64,000 nucleotides of DNA from Octopus vulgaris (GCA_951406725.2 OX597822.1:14446001-14510000); one strand, 5' to 3'; numbered from the stretch's first letter, positions 30,922-45,757 are shown. Program-made: numbers and translations. Notes: generated from the sequence alone by a model not told the origin.

Positions 30922-32076
30922 TACTTCGAACTGTCACTCTATGAAATATCAAGCCAGAAATTTGGACATGTTTTCCACACCTACCTAATGGAAAACTGGA
31001 AAAGGTATTTAGATGATTGTTTCATCATATGGAAAGAACCTTATGAAAAACTCCTGAAATTCAAAACCATACTAAACAACATACATCCCAACATTCAATT
31101 CACTATGGAATTAAGCAAACATCATCTCCCATTCCTTGATCTCCTAATTATAAAATCACCTAAGAACCAAATCATAACAGACATCTACCACAAACCTACA
31201 GACTCACAACAATACCTCCTCTTTAGTTCATGCCACCCAAAACACACCAAGACAAATATCCCTTTCAATTTAGCTAAAAGGGTATGCACCATTGTCTCGG
31301 ATCCAAAAACACGAGAAATACGCCTTCAAGACCTCAAAAAAACACTATTACAACGTCAGTATCCCTCCACCCTTATAGAGTATGGAATAAAACGCGCCAA
31401 AGAACTAGACAACACTACACTGAAAACCACCCAACCTAACACCACACACAACCTCAAAATACTTCCATACATTTCCACCCACAACCCCAAAAATATCGAA
31501 GCATACAGCACAATCATACCAAACCTCAGTCTACTGTCAACAGACCCAAAAATGAAAAACATTATAAATACACACAAAATCCTCAAATGTAAAAGGCAAC
31601 ACAAATCTTTAAAAAAACTCTTGACAAATGCCAAACTTCACACACCACATCCACCCCCAACAGTAAAAAAATGTGCACGCTCAAACTGTGATACCTGCCC
31701 CTTTCTATTTGAAGGCTCTGAATTTACCTTCAAACAAAGTACGAAGTTTAAAATCAAGACTAACTTCTCCTGTTCCTCCGAGAAGCTTATCTACGTTCTC
31801 ACATGCGCTGGTTGCCAACATAATTATGTTGGACAAACGAGTCTCCCGTTACGTAAACGAGTAACGGTGCATAAAGAACAAATAAATCTCCCGGAATACC
31901 GACAAATTCCACTGAGTGACCACTTAGACTCATGTGCTAAAGACTTAAACCCCAAATTCTATATATTCCCCTTCTACCAATGTAAAGACGGGATCACCAC
32001 ACAGGAGAGAATTAACAAGGAGAATCTCTTTATTGAAAAATTCCAAACACAACTTAATATGCAAACTCCTCGTTGA
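30922..32076 (+). CDS. Uninterrupted but 5'-truncated PLE ORF: RT C-terminal half, thumb, Cys linker and GIY-YIG endonuclease (Neptune-like)
   Basis: WKRYLDDCF, LPFLDL, IYHKPTD, SCHP, CARSNCDTC, LIYVLTCAGC..NYVGQT, RVTVH. Confidence 0.88.
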   Translation, partial: YFELSLYEISSQKFGHVFHTYLMENWKRYLDDCFIIWKEPYEKLLKFKTILNNIHPNIQFTMELSKHHLPFLDLLIIKSPKNQIITDIYHKPTDSQQYLLFSSCHPKHTKTNIPFNLAKRVCTIVSDPKTREIRLQDLKKTLLQRQYPSTLIEYGIKRAKELDNTTLKTTQPNTTHNLKILPYISTHNPKNIEAYSTIIPNLSLLSTDPKMKNIINTHKILKCKRQHKSLKKLLTNAKLHTPHPPPTVKKCARSNCDTCPFLFEGSEFTFKQSTKFKIKTNFSCSSEKLIYVLTCAGCQHNYVGQTSLPLRKRVTVHKEQINLPEYRQIPLSDHLDSCAKDLNPKFYIFPFYQCKDGITTQERINKENLFIEKFQTQLNMQTPR

Positions 32077-32702
32077 TCAAACTTCCTTTCTCTACCTCAC
32101 TCTTCATGGATGGACTAACACAAATATATAAAGATACCATGCATTCATCACTTCAAGCTAAAACTTATATTCTTTAAATATCATTTTTACTATTGTTGTT
32201 ATTACTATCATTTTTATTATAAATGATATGACAATTTGAAATACAATTGTCTATGCAGATTTATATAATTAGAAAATAATATAAATAAAGTGTTAAAATC
32301 TGAAAGTTAAGGTAACAAGCAATTATATAAAAAAGATAACGCAAATGAAGCTAAAATGATAATTTTATAATTTGGGTTTTATTGAAGAACTCAAAAGAGT
32401 TGTCTCCCCTTACTCACAACACAGGAACTGAAGAACCACAATTACTACTACTTCCTGTCCTGCAAACATGCTGAATTAAACCACACAACACATGCTCTTA
32501 ATCCCTTTGGATCTTAATACCTCAAGGTAATTTTTTCGTGAACAATCATAAAACTCAAGATACACAACGAACTCACAATGTATCGGAGTACTTATTTTTT
32601 AATTTTTGTACATTTTTATCATTATTCTTTTGCAAAAACCAATGCATTTATCTTTCTTTTTTTCCCCTTTCTAATTTAAAAAAAAACGTTTTAAAGCATA
32701 AA

Positions 32703-32743
32703 TATTCTTGACAAGTCATACAATGACGAAAACCGGTTGAATA
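32703..32743 (+). ncRNA. Variant minimal hammerhead motif in the PLE pLTR (mirror copy at ~30481-30521 on -)
   Basis: TATTC-TTGACAA-GTCA(TACAA)TGAC-GAAA-ACCGGT-T-GAATA. The stems pair, but the core deviates from CUGANGA. Confidence 0.6.
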
Positions 32744-32880
32744 AATATATATTTATATATTTTATCAATTTCTCATTTTATTAAAATTTTCTTTCATTTG
32801 AGCATTCTGCATTTTTAAAAAATTTTTTCCTTACTTATCATTTCTCCACGTGCGGTCAACACAACACCACCATTTATTGA

Positions 32881-33663
<783 letters not shown>

Positions 33664-33811
33664 TAATAATAATAAATATTAGGGAATAAATCCAAACTTA
33701 CAGGGAAAAATTCATTGTTTCATTTGCCTAATAGTGGTTTTGTCTCTAATTTAATGTAATATACATGTATATATATATATATGTCTATGTATATGTATAT
33801 ATGTATCAATG

Positions 33812-33860
<49 letters not shown>

Positions 33861-33877
33861 GCCTCTCTCTCTCTCGC

Positions 33878-33970
<93 letters not shown>

Positions 33971-34019
33971 GCACACACAGGAATCAAAGCCAGTAATGTG
34001 TGTGTGTGTACTTATTTAT

Positions 34020-34265
34020 GTCACGCTATAAATGTTCCGACTTCGTGAGAAGATCTTCACTCAGGAAGAGGGGGAATAACATTACATCAGAACAATGTGA
34101 GAAATTGGTGAAATCCTGGGGGTGGGTGGAGAAATGTTCTGAAATCAGTAATAATCATAGAATGTACACATTTCAAAATAGGGATGTGAATTGCCAAAAG
34201 TTCTGGCAAAATTTTGATTTCTTGAATTTAAATTCATAGGCTCTCTGATTTTGGCCACTACTCTA
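34020..34265 (+). mobile_element. Relic 3' end of a second Tc1-like transposon
   Basis: NNITSEQCEKLVKS..KCSEI resembles the Tc1 C-terminus (compare NKITQQEIENLISSCSRRCQSVI at ~13640-13705). The right end TTTTGGCCACTACT.TA resembles a Tc1 TIR. Confidence 0.6.
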
Positions 34266-34404
34266 TAATTACACACACACACACACACACACAGACATGC
34301 ACACATACACACACATACAGATAGATAGATAAATAGATACACATACACACATATGTAAATTAGAATGTGTGTGTGTGTAAATAGATAGATAGATAGACAG
34401 ACAG

Positions 34405-34472
<68 letters not shown>

Positions 34473-34489
34473 CGATCGATCGATCAGTT

Positions 34490-34553
<64 letters not shown>

Positions 34554-35001
34554 GATAGCGATAGATATATAGATAGTTTCATATAAATATTCATGTAATA
34601 TGTCAATTTTTGATTTTGTGTTTCGTTGTAATAAACACAATTTTACATTCGTCTGAAGGATTAACTCCAATAACACAAAATGTGACCAACCTACTAACAT
34701 ATTTTGTGCCTACCAGACAAATGGACACGCTTAAGCCTATACACTTGCTTACAAAGTTCTACATACAAAAATAAATTCTAAACAACAATATAAATTCAAA
34801 TTTAATCAAAAAAAATTTCTCCAAAACACCTCTCAATAAAAATCCACCTTAAAATCTAATTGCCACTCCGCTCAAACCGACGAATCCAAGGAAGACATGA
34901 AGTCAGCAAAGACTATATAAAGCCAAATATTACAGTCCGTCGATAGCTTAACTGGCCAGAACGTTGAAGTCGCTGTCAACAATATTCTTGTTTAAGAACA
35001 T

Positions 35002-35049
<48 letters not shown>

Positions 35050-35056
<7 letters not shown>

Positions 35057-35260
35057 CAGCTTGTGTGTCGTTGGTGATTTTCTTTCTCCGTCTTCCCTTC
35101 CTTGGATCTTTCCTTTTTCTATGTTTCTGACGTAAAGCTCCGCTCGAAACGTTAAATCCTTCTCCTTTCTTTGCTCTCCTGAGCGTTCAATAACACTATA
35201 CTTGTTCCACGTCATCTCGTTGTTGTGTTTTCTCTTTGTGTTTTCATGTTTGAATTAAAC
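35050..35260 (+). mobile_element. ~200 bp non-coding repeat carrying a minimal hammerhead motif (35124-35157)
   Basis: TTT-CTGACGT-AAAGC(TCC)GCTC-GAAA-CGT-TA-AA. A homologous copy lies on the minus strand at 39892-40085. Confidence 0.7.
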
Positions 35261-35372
35261 ATATATATATATATGTAAGTTCAGCAAAATTTAGATTCAG
35301 ATGAATATGGTACTTAAGTTAAAGGAACCAGAATTTTGTATGCTATTATCCATATAAATCAAATGGGGTGAT

Positions 35373-35418
35373 TATAATCAAAATAAGCAACAAAGATATC
35401 CTTGTTGCTTATTTTGAT

Positions 35419-35422
<4 letters not shown>
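35373..35422. repeat. 50-bp spacerless palindrome built from the terminal tail of the HHR cassette family
   Basis: TATAATCAAAATAAGCAACAAAGAT|ATCCTTGTTGCTTATTTTGATTATA, with one mismatch. Confidence 0.9.
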
Positions 35423-35452
<30 letters not shown>

Positions 35453-35477
35453 TATATATATATACATACACACACAC

Positions 35478-35521
<44 letters not shown>

Positions 35522-35806
35522 ATATGTATGTATTATGACTGTATATATATGCGTGTGTGTGAGTGTGTGTGTGTATGTGTGTGTATGTGTATGTGTGCAT
35601 ATGTATGTGTGTACGTGTGTTTATATACAAACAGTTTTTATTTTCATTTTTATTCAGTCGATACCTCATATTAGCCACACCCACTCTTTACTTCCAGTGA
35701 ATCAACCTCAAGAGACGTCACCTCGAATTGTGTCAGCTTGTTATTCTTGCATGCCATGTCCCGCACACTCACTCTCGATGTAAATACAGACATGTATGTA
35801 TGTTGG

Positions 35807-35895
<89 letters not shown>

Positions 35896-35906
35896 GTATG
35901 TACGTA

Positions 35907-36332
35907 GGCGCAGAGGCGACTGTGCGGTAAGTAGCTTGCTTACCAACCACATCGTTCCGGGTTCAGTTCCACTGCGTGCCACCTTGTGCAAATGTCTTCT
36001 ACTATAGCCTTGGGCTGACCAAAGCCTTGTGAGTGGATTTGGGAGACGAAAACTGAAAGAAGCCCGTCGTATATATGTATATATATATATATATAAAAAC
36101 ATGTATTTGTATGTATGTGTGTGTATATGTTCATGCGTCTGTCTTTCTCCCTGTGTAACATCGCTTGACAACCGATGTTTACGTCCCCGTAACCTAGCGG
36201 TTCGGTAAAAGAAACCGATAGAATAAGTACTAAGCTTACATAGAATAATTCCTGGAGTCGATTTGCTGCACTAATGGCGGTGCTCCAGCATGGTCGCAAT
36301 CAAATGACTGAAAAAATAAAAGAACAAAAGAA
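35907..36332 (+). mobile_element. Family-A SINE
   Basis: Head, internal TA/TG tract and tail match the other copies. Confidence 0.9.
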
Positions 36333-36399
36333 TATATATATATAATGTTTTACTTGTTTCAGTCATTTGACAGCGGCCATTTTTGAGCAATCAACCCCA

Positions 36400-36663
36400 T
36401 GACTCAGAACGTAAAGATAGACGAAATACCTATTTCTTTACTACTCACAAGGGGCTAAACACAGAGGGGACAAACAAGGACAGACAAAGAGATTAAGTCG
36501 ATTACATCGACCCCTGTGCGTAACTGGAAATTATTTTATCGACCCTGAAAAGATGAAAGGCAAAGTCGACCCCGGCAGGATTTGAACTCAGAACGTAAAG
36601 ACATATGAAACACCGCTAAGGGATTCGCCCGGCGTGCTAACGTTTCTGCCAGTTCTCCACCTT
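36400..36663 (-). mobile_element. Composite family-B SINE (copy 36430-36663 plus a short restart at 36400-36429)
   Basis: Same AAGAAATAG|GTATTTCG junction as at 25616/25617. Confidence 0.85.
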
Positions 36664-37624
36664 AGCATTTAGAGATATTGATATATCAAATGTTACCTGC
36701 CCTTTTAATGTTCTTTATGTATCAGAGTTAAAGCCATGTTGTATCACCGTCTTCATGTGTGTGTGTGTGTGTGGTCGTGTGTGTGTGTGTGGTCGTGTGT
36801 GTGTGTGTGTGTGTGGTGTGTGTGTGTGTGTGTGTGTGTGCGTGCGTTTGCGAGTTTCTATCTTGGTGTATTAGTCACTGAGTCTCATTGCGTATATATG
36901 CGTATATGTATTGCAGTGTGAGAGCTTATATGTGTTTATATAAATGTATGCGTCCGTATGTGTGTGTGTGCGTGTGTGCTTGCGTCTGCGTGTGTGCTTG
37001 CGTGTACGTGTGTGTGTGTGTATATATATATGTGTGTGTGTATGGACAAGACATAAATAAAAGGTAGTTAAGTGTTTAGTGAAAGCCTTTCCACTTAAAC
37101 ACATTCACCGGCACACGCCACTACACAGCGCCGCCGTTGAAACTCCCCCCTCTCCACCACTACCACGGCCACGCCTTAACCACCAACACCACCACAACCA
37201 TCATCATTACCCACCAGTTTATTATTGAAGATACCACCTGGTTTATATTTTCATTTTTTATTGTTTTTAATTAAAAGTTATCCTCATTGGAAATCGAACT
37301 TGTCATACATTCTATCACAGCTGTTACCTCTTACAAGTCTCTCTTCTACTTCTCTCTCTCTCTCTCTCTGTCGCTTACTCTCTCTCTCTCTCTGACATTG
37401 TCTTTTTCCTTTTTGTATTACATGTCAAAATATCTCCTGTCGCTCACTCGTCCTCTCTCTCTCCCCCTCTCTCTCTTTCTTTGTCTATCTATCCATCTCT
37501 TTCACTGTCTTTCTTTCTCTATATCGTTTGCTCGTTTGACTGCTTGTCTCTCCGACTATCTGTCACTTTGTCTTTCTTTCCTTCTCTCTCCCGCTCTGTC
37601 TCTCCATAAATATATATATGTATG

Positions 37625-37682
<58 letters not shown>

Positions 37683-38739
37683 CACACACATACGTGACTG
37701 TATATAGATATATGCATAAAACATACAGACATATTTGTATACGTGTGCCAACATACACACACACACAAACACACGCACACACACACATATATATGCATAT
37801 ATATGAATATATGAATATATATGCACACGCATTCACATACAGGCATATATACATGTTTATGACTTAATGTCCGAGAGTTCATTGAGTGCAACACAGGAAA
37901 CTATGCAACACACAAATACACCCACAGAAACACACACACACACACACACACTTAGGTACCAGTGTGTGCGTGTGTCTTCTTTACCATTCCGATTTTAGGT
38001 CAAATAAAAAACGAAAATGTACGACTGTCACGAAGGATGGGTAGCAACCTCTAAGTGGTCGCTAGATTTGGCTAGAAATATCAGCCAAATCTCTCTCCGA
38101 AATCTACTGTCTTAGAAAACGAAAAGCACAGGACGCTGCGGTTCTAGATAGACCGTGACAAACCATAATAAAAAGGTCGAAAGATCACGACTAAAGTCGA
38201 TCATATTAATAAATATGTTCAATCGGCATCGATCTGGAATTATTCAACAGTCACAACAACCAAGAAAAACAGCAACAACTGCAATAACAACAACGGTAAC
38301 AATTGCAGCAGAAATAAATCTTCTATCGCCTCAGTCACTTCTAACAGCGCTGAAATGCTGAAGAATGGTTTCGGCAATCTAATGAATCCAAGACACTTGA
38401 TTTGCCTGTGACATTCAGACGGGTGAGCAGTTATCCAGAACGCAGTGTCTTTTTAGGGTACATTTATTCTTTCAGCAGAGCAAAACGGTTGTTCCTGTTG
38501 CTTAAACAAAAAGGGAAAATGTTATGCTTTTTATGTTTTATGATATGGTATGCTTGCGTTTTTTTAGGTCCCATACATAGTTTGAAAATGTGGTATAATT
38601 TTTCTAATGGCAATAGTGCTGGTTTAAAAGTTTAAAAGAAATGCTTGTATATGCTTTAGAAAAATGCTAAGAAGTTCTGAAATTTCGTAAGTCTAAATCG
38701 TTTCATATACGTGTGTATGTACATTGTATGCATACATAC

Positions 38740-38805
<66 letters not shown>

Positions 38806-39621
38806 GTGTGTGTGTATGCCAACATAGCGTGGCAGTCCTGTAAAGGACGATGTTACTGTTTTTCTAGCTTCAGGAGAACATCTTATAATATATATATATA
38901 TACATACAAACATACATACATACATACATACATACATACATACATACATACATACATAACAAATATATATGTATGCAGGCATACAAACACACACACACAC
39001 ATATACATGTGTGTGAAAGAATGTAGTTACTAGTTGTAAAAATTACCTCTAATCACCAACAAGATATGACAATGTTCTTAAAGTATTGAGTACTTTATTC
39101 TGTGCATGAAAGCATTTTAATAAAAATACAGTGTACATGGAAACACATTAGGAATGCGAATATACTAGACTTTTTATGCATTTACAGCTAATTCAAGGTG
39201 AAATGAAGCATTTTGTGCAAGTCCTCAGCACGATGCTATGTCTCGGGACTTTACAGGTTGATCTCAACGCAGTAACCCCATGCCCTTCGATAGGCAATTA
39301 CTAGGAAGTCAAATCCTGTTAAGAGACAATGTAAATCGACACGGCGGGACACCCATCGCCATATGACAGGCAACGTTTGCTGAGGAAATTCGATATATAT
39401 CACGTGATGTTTGCCTGAATGAGTAATCGTTTGGTTTGTAGACAAATAACTGTATGTTACAGTCTGCGAAGGTTTTGATGACCATGTCTATTGACTGGTG
39501 TTATATCAATGAAATCACGTCAGCTGGTATTGTCTGGAGAATTCACAAAAAAAAAAGACGAATACTGTTTGTTTAGACAACAAAAATATGTATTAGTTTA
39601 ACGCTCGGGAAGTGAGAAAGT

Positions 39622-39657
39622 CTTTTACGTTTCGAGCCTACGCTTTTCCACAGAAAG
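39622..39657 (-). ncRNA. Variant minimal hammerhead motif in a short cassette (~39545-39710)
   Basis: CTTT-CTGTGGA-AAAGC(GTAG)GCTC-GAAA-CG-TA-AAAG. Stem I CTTT/AAAG pairs; core change A6U. Confidence 0.55.
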
Positions 39658-39770
39658 AACACAGAAAGAAACAGGGAGAGAAAATATAAAATGTGTAGTG
39701 GCTAGCGGTGTGTATGAATATATGTACATACACACATATAAATGTACATATATATGTATATAGATGTATA

Positions 39771-39819
<49 letters not shown>

Positions 39820-39848
39820 GTATGTATAGATATATATGAATATATTTA

Positions 39849-39891
<43 letters not shown>

Positions 39892-39896
<5 letters not shown>

Positions 39897-40085
39897 ATCC
39901 AAACATGAAAACACAACGCGAGGACGTGGAACAAGTATAGTATTATTGGACGCTCAGGAAAGAAGGAACGAAGCATGGTTTAATGTTTCGAGCGGAGCTC
40001 TTCGTCAAAACATAGGAAAAGGAAAGATCCAAAGAAGGGAAGACAGAGGAAAACAAAAGCCAACGGTACACACGCGGTCACACAT
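39892..40085 (-). mobile_element. Second copy of the ~200 bp minimal-HHR repeat (motif at 39979-40010)
   Basis: TTT-TGACGA-AGAGC(TCC)GCTC-GAAA-CAT-TA-AA; colinear with 35050-35260. Confidence 0.72.
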
Positions 40086-40374
40086 ACACCCCCCACACAC
40101 ATATATAGATATATGTATATATATATATATATATCATAAAACGATAATATTGTTAATGATTTTATCAGTGGCCAGCATATAAAAACAGTAAAAACAGACC
40201 TACTAAGGTGTGTGACGTGGAGAGGGGAGGCCGGTATGCATGGGCGACTGCTGGTCTTCCATGAAACAACCTTGCCCAGACTTGTGCCTCAGAGAGTAAC
40301 TCTCTAGGTGCAAACCCATGGTCAGTGTCTGACCGAAGGGGGTCATTATTATACATACAAATACATATATATAT

Positions 40375-40545
40375 CGCCTTGATCACCTTGACAGATCAGT
40401 CCGTCGGGCGTCCATTTGACACCGCTGGTCACAGCGCGCTGTCCACTCCTCTCTGGATCGCGCCTTTCTCCTCCACGTGATCCCAATCGTCCTCCTGAAA
40501 TCGTAACACCACCGTCATACTCAGGAGTTCATGAACTCCTGAAAT
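40375..40545 (-). mobile_element. Probable extreme 3' end of an RTE/RTEX-like LINE
   Basis: With one frameshift it reads [23 protein letters not shown], like RTE C-termini; followed by a short repeated CAAGG.GA tail. Confidence 0.5.
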
Positions 40546-40555
40546 CGTGAATATA

Positions 40556-40671
<116 letters not shown>

Positions 40672-40678
40672 ATTATAC

Positions 40679-40710
<32 letters not shown>

Positions 40711-40739
40711 ATATATAAATATATATATACTTACAGGCA

Positions 40740-41146
40740 GGCGCAGGAGTGGCTGTGTGGTAAGTAGCTTGCTTATCAACCACATGGTTCCGGGTTCAGA
40801 CCCACTGCGTGGCATCTTGGGCAAGTGTCTTCTACCATAGCCTCGGGCCGACCAATGCCTTGTGAGTGGATTTGGTAGACGGAAACTGAAAGAAGCCTGT
40901 CGTATATATGTATATATATATATATATATGTGTGTGTGTATGTGTGTGTGTTTGTGTGTCTGTGTTTATCCCCCTAGCATTGCTTGACAACCGATGCTGG
41001 TGTGTTTACGTCCCCGTCCCTTAGCGGTTCGGCAAAAGAGACCGATAGAATAAGTACTGGGCTTACAAAGAATAAGTCCCGGGGTCGATTTGCTCGACTA
41101 AAGGCGGTACTCCAGCATGGCCGCAGTCAAGTAAAAGAGTAAAGAG
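40740..41146 (+). mobile_element. Family-A SINE, young copy
   Basis: Nearly identical to the copies at 33209 and 55205. Confidence 0.92.
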
Positions 41147-41165
41147 TATACATACATACATACAT

Positions 41166-41237
<72 letters not shown>

Positions 41238-41391
41238 ATATGTATATATAAAAGCACTCCGTCTGTTACGACGACGAGGGTCACAGCTGATACGATCAAC
41301 GGAATATCTTGCCAGCGAAATGAACGTGCAAGTGGCTGAGCATACCACAGACACGTGTACCCTTAACGTAGTTCTCGGGTTGGTTCAGCAT

Positions 41392-41437
<46 letters not shown>

Positions 41438-41653
41438 CATAGATACATACATTGATATATACATACACACACACACATATATATATATACACATTTATGT
41501 TCATATGTACATATATGTACATTTAGATAGGTGCATACATGCAAATATTTACATGCTGATATGTATGTAAATACTTATGTATATCAATATATAATTTTTA
41601 TAAACTCTCCACATACTCATTATGAGCATGTCTGTGTGTGTGTATGTGCGTGT

Positions 41654-41691
<38 letters not shown>

Positions 41692-42274
41692 TGGCGCAGA
41701 AATTGTCACAGATGAAGAGATGCAAAGACAAACAGTATATGTTTGGTCGGAATTCTACGAACAGTTTGGCATGGATTAAATCATCACCATTTACCAAGTG
41801 GCGGTTTGCGATGGAGACGACTTGATTGTGTTTGATGGCTATTTGTATGGTAGCGGTACTATTTCATAGTGGTGGCCATGTTAAGATGTTAGATATATTA
41901 CTGTTGATGCTGACGTAAATGGTGAGGAAATCGGTAACACAGATGTCATCGTTATTCTTATTAGTGTTGTTTGAGAAAATCTCTGACTTAAGGCGTTCCA
42001 ACCATGACAACCATGCCTATTTGTATATTTGTATATATTGTTTAATGCATTCTTCCGTTCTTTTTATTTTTCTTTTAAACGATTGACTATGATATGAACA
42101 GAATTTATCTATTGTTTGTAGCAGATCAACGGAGCTTATACAAGCTTCCTCGTTGACACGTGATGAAGTTAATGGTAGTGGTTTGAGGTCGAAGATTAAG
42201 TTAACGGCATCGATTGTTTGGTAACGGATGGGATTTATCTTCCAGTGGCGACGGAGGCGGGGTGCGTGCTGTTA

Positions 42275-42669
42275 GCGGTGATGGTGGTGGTGTTGTTAAT
42301 GGTGATGGTGATGGCTATGGGTGGTGGTGGTGGTGGTGGTGGTAGTAGTGTATGTGGTAGTAATGTTTCTACTTGGCGTTGCCTTAAATGTCGTTGTTGC
42401 TGTTATTGTTGTCGTTCTGGTGATGGCGACTGCAGTGGTGGTGATGTTGTTGAGAACAACGGTGCTACTGTTGGTGTTGCTGCTGCTGATGGCGGTGGTG
42501 TTGGTGGTGGTGGTGGTGGTGGTGGTGGTGGTGGTGGTGGTGGTGGCGGTGGTGGTGGTGGTGGTGGTGGTGGCGGTGGTGGTGGTGGTGGTGGTGGTGG
42601 TGGTGCCGGTTGAAGGAAACAGTTACGTCTTCCTCATGTGGATGTAGCATGGTGACGTATTAGTGCTGT

Positions 42670-42709
<40 letters not shown>

Positions 42710-43240
42710 GGTGGTGGTGGTGGTGGTCGTCGTCGTTTTCGTGGTGGTGGCAGTGGTGGTAGATGGTGGCATTTGGTGGCAGTGGCAGTAGTTGGGTGAA
42801 CAGAGCTAATGTGATTAAAGCAAGAATTATGGAAGCGCACTGCGTAACAGCTTGTCGGGTGTCAACCACCTCTGTTGACGATCCATTTGGTGGAAGAGGG
42901 GCGGTGGGAGGAGGGGTTGCTATTCGAAGTGGTGGTATTATTGATGGTGGAGGCACTGGTGGTGGTGGTATCGGTGGTAGTAGACATGGTTGTTGTAGTT
43001 ACGGTGGTAGTAGTAGATAATATCTGTGGGTGGTAATGGTATGTGTAGGCGGCAGTATTGCTAATGACGGTGAGTAGTAGTAGTAGTAGTCGCAGCAGCA
43101 GTAGTAGCAGTAGTAGTATTTGCAGTAGTAGTAGTAGTAGCGGTGGTGATTGTGATGATGGTGTTGGTTTTGATGGGTGTGATGGTGGTGGTGGTGGTGG
43201 TTGTGGTGATGGTATTGGTGGCGGTTGTGGCGGTGTAATA
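42275..43240. repeat. Degenerate (GGT)n/(AGT)n low-complexity region
   Basis: Seen directly in the sequence. Confidence 0.9.
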
Positions 43241-43366
43241 ACTGGAAAGCGAACGTAGGAGGTAAAGGAGGACTTGGTGACAGTGGGAGGAAGGTTTTCA
43301 ACAAGATAGAAATATAATTGATCAGATCGGAATAATCTATCCCTGCCTCCCTGCCTCTCACGTACA

Positions 43367-43438
<72 letters not shown>

Positions 43439-43849
43439 TCTTTTTCTCTTTCAATATGTCACTCTTCCTCTATTCCTCCCTCTATACATATATTTGCGTG
43501 TGTATGTGCGTGTGTGTGAGTGTGTGTACAGGAATAAAGAGAGATCTGTAGCAAAGATGGAAGACAGACATTAGTCCTGTTTATATGTCTACTAAATAGT
43601 TTAAACACACACGAGCGTGCACTCATATCCAAGTATTATACAGCTTCGAAACGCGGAGTAAATAGAATAGGGGACAATTGATGAAGGGAATGTTCTTTAT
43701 GTTGCCTGTCTCGTTTCTCTACGTGTTTCTTTCGTTCTTCGAAAAAAGTTCGTTTTCCATGCTTTTGTTTTTTCTGTTCTCGTGTCTCATTTTATTCACA
43801 TTTTCTTTGACGTCCTGTACCCATATATGCATATATATAATATTCATAT

Positions 43850-43900
<51 letters not shown>

Positions 43901-44053
43901 AATATATATATATATATCAATACACACGGATTAGCAATTATTCTGTCGGTTCCTGTCGCTGAACCGCTAAGTTACAGGAACATAGATAAACCAACACAGG
44001 CTGTCAAGCAGTGTTGGCAGATAATCACACACACAAGCACACACATATGTATG

Positions 44054-44123
<70 letters not shown>

Positions 44124-44141
44124 TGTATGTATGTATGTATA

Positions 44142-44442
<301 letters not shown>

Positions 44443-44451
44443 ATATATATG

Positions 44452-44499
<48 letters not shown>

Positions 44500-44502
<3 letters not shown>

Positions 44503-44594
44503 CAAGTGTCTTCTGCTATAGCCCCAGGCCGACCAAAGCCTTGTGAGTGGATTTTGGTAGACGGAAACTGAAAGAAGCCTGTCGTACATATGTA

Positions 44595-44665
<71 letters not shown>

Positions 44666-44874
44666 TTGTTCCCCTGGCATTGATTGACAACCAATGCTGG
44701 TGTGTTTACGTCCCTGTCACTTAACGGTTCGGCAAAAGAGACCGATAGAATAAGTACTGGGCTTACAAAGAATAAGTCCCGGGGTCGATTTGCTCCACTA
44801 AAAGGCTGTGCTCCAGCATGGCCGCAGTCAAAATGACTGAAACAAGTAAAAAAGTAAAAAAAAGTAAGTAAAAA

Positions 44875-44924
<50 letters not shown>

Positions 44925-45325
44925 GGCAGGATTGGCTGTGTGGTAAGTAACTTGCTTACCAACCACATGGTTCCGGATTCAGTCCCACTGCGTGGCACCT
45001 TGGGCTAGTGTCTTCTACTATAGCCTCAGGCCGCAAAGCCTTGTGAGTGGATTTGGTAGACGGAAACTGAAAGAAGCCCGTCGTATATATGTATATATAT
45101 ATGTATGTGTGCGTGTATGTTTGTGTGTCTGTGTTTGTCCCCCCTAGCTTTGCTTGACAACCGATGCTGGTTTGTTTGTGTCCCCGTCACTTAGCGGTTC
45201 GGCAAAAGAGACCGATAGAATAAGTAATGGGCTTACAAAGTCCCGGGTCGAGTTGCTCGACTAAATGCGGTGCTCCAGCATGGCCGCAGTCAAATGACTG
45301 AAACAAGTAAAAGAGTAAAAGAGTA
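44500..45325 (+). mobile_element. Two tandem family-A SINEs (44500-44875, 5'-truncated; 44925-45325)
   Basis: Both match the family consensus; separated by (TA)n. Confidence 0.9.
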
Positions 45326-45493
45326 TATACACATATATATACACATACATATAAATCATGTCATATAAATATAAATATGTGAATGTCTGTCTTATTTTAT
45401 TTCTCTGTCTTTGTCTCTCTCTCTACCTCTCGCTCTATAAATAAGGATATATAGAGGAAAACAAACATAAACGGTTATATAAATATATGTATG

Positions 45494-45549
<56 letters not shown>

Positions 45550-45656
45550 TACATACGTATATATGCATATGCATGCATATATATACGCATATATACATAT
45601 ACATGCGTTTATGTATTATGTGTGTGTATATATATGTATATATATATATATATAAT

Positions 45657-45702
<46 letters not shown>

Positions 45703-45757
45703 TTATGTATATGTATATATACGTATCTATATATATATATATATGTATATGTGTATT

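Noticed and set aside
30392-32833. DNA transposon with 530-bp TIRs
   Set aside because: The enclosed ORF is RT plus GIY-YIG, not a transposase, and the asymmetric tail fits an inverted Penelope pLTR.
42218-43434. Gly-rich / Pro-rich ORFs resembling structural proteins
   Set aside because: Degenerate (GGT)n/(AGT)n low-complexity DNA with frequent frame breaks.
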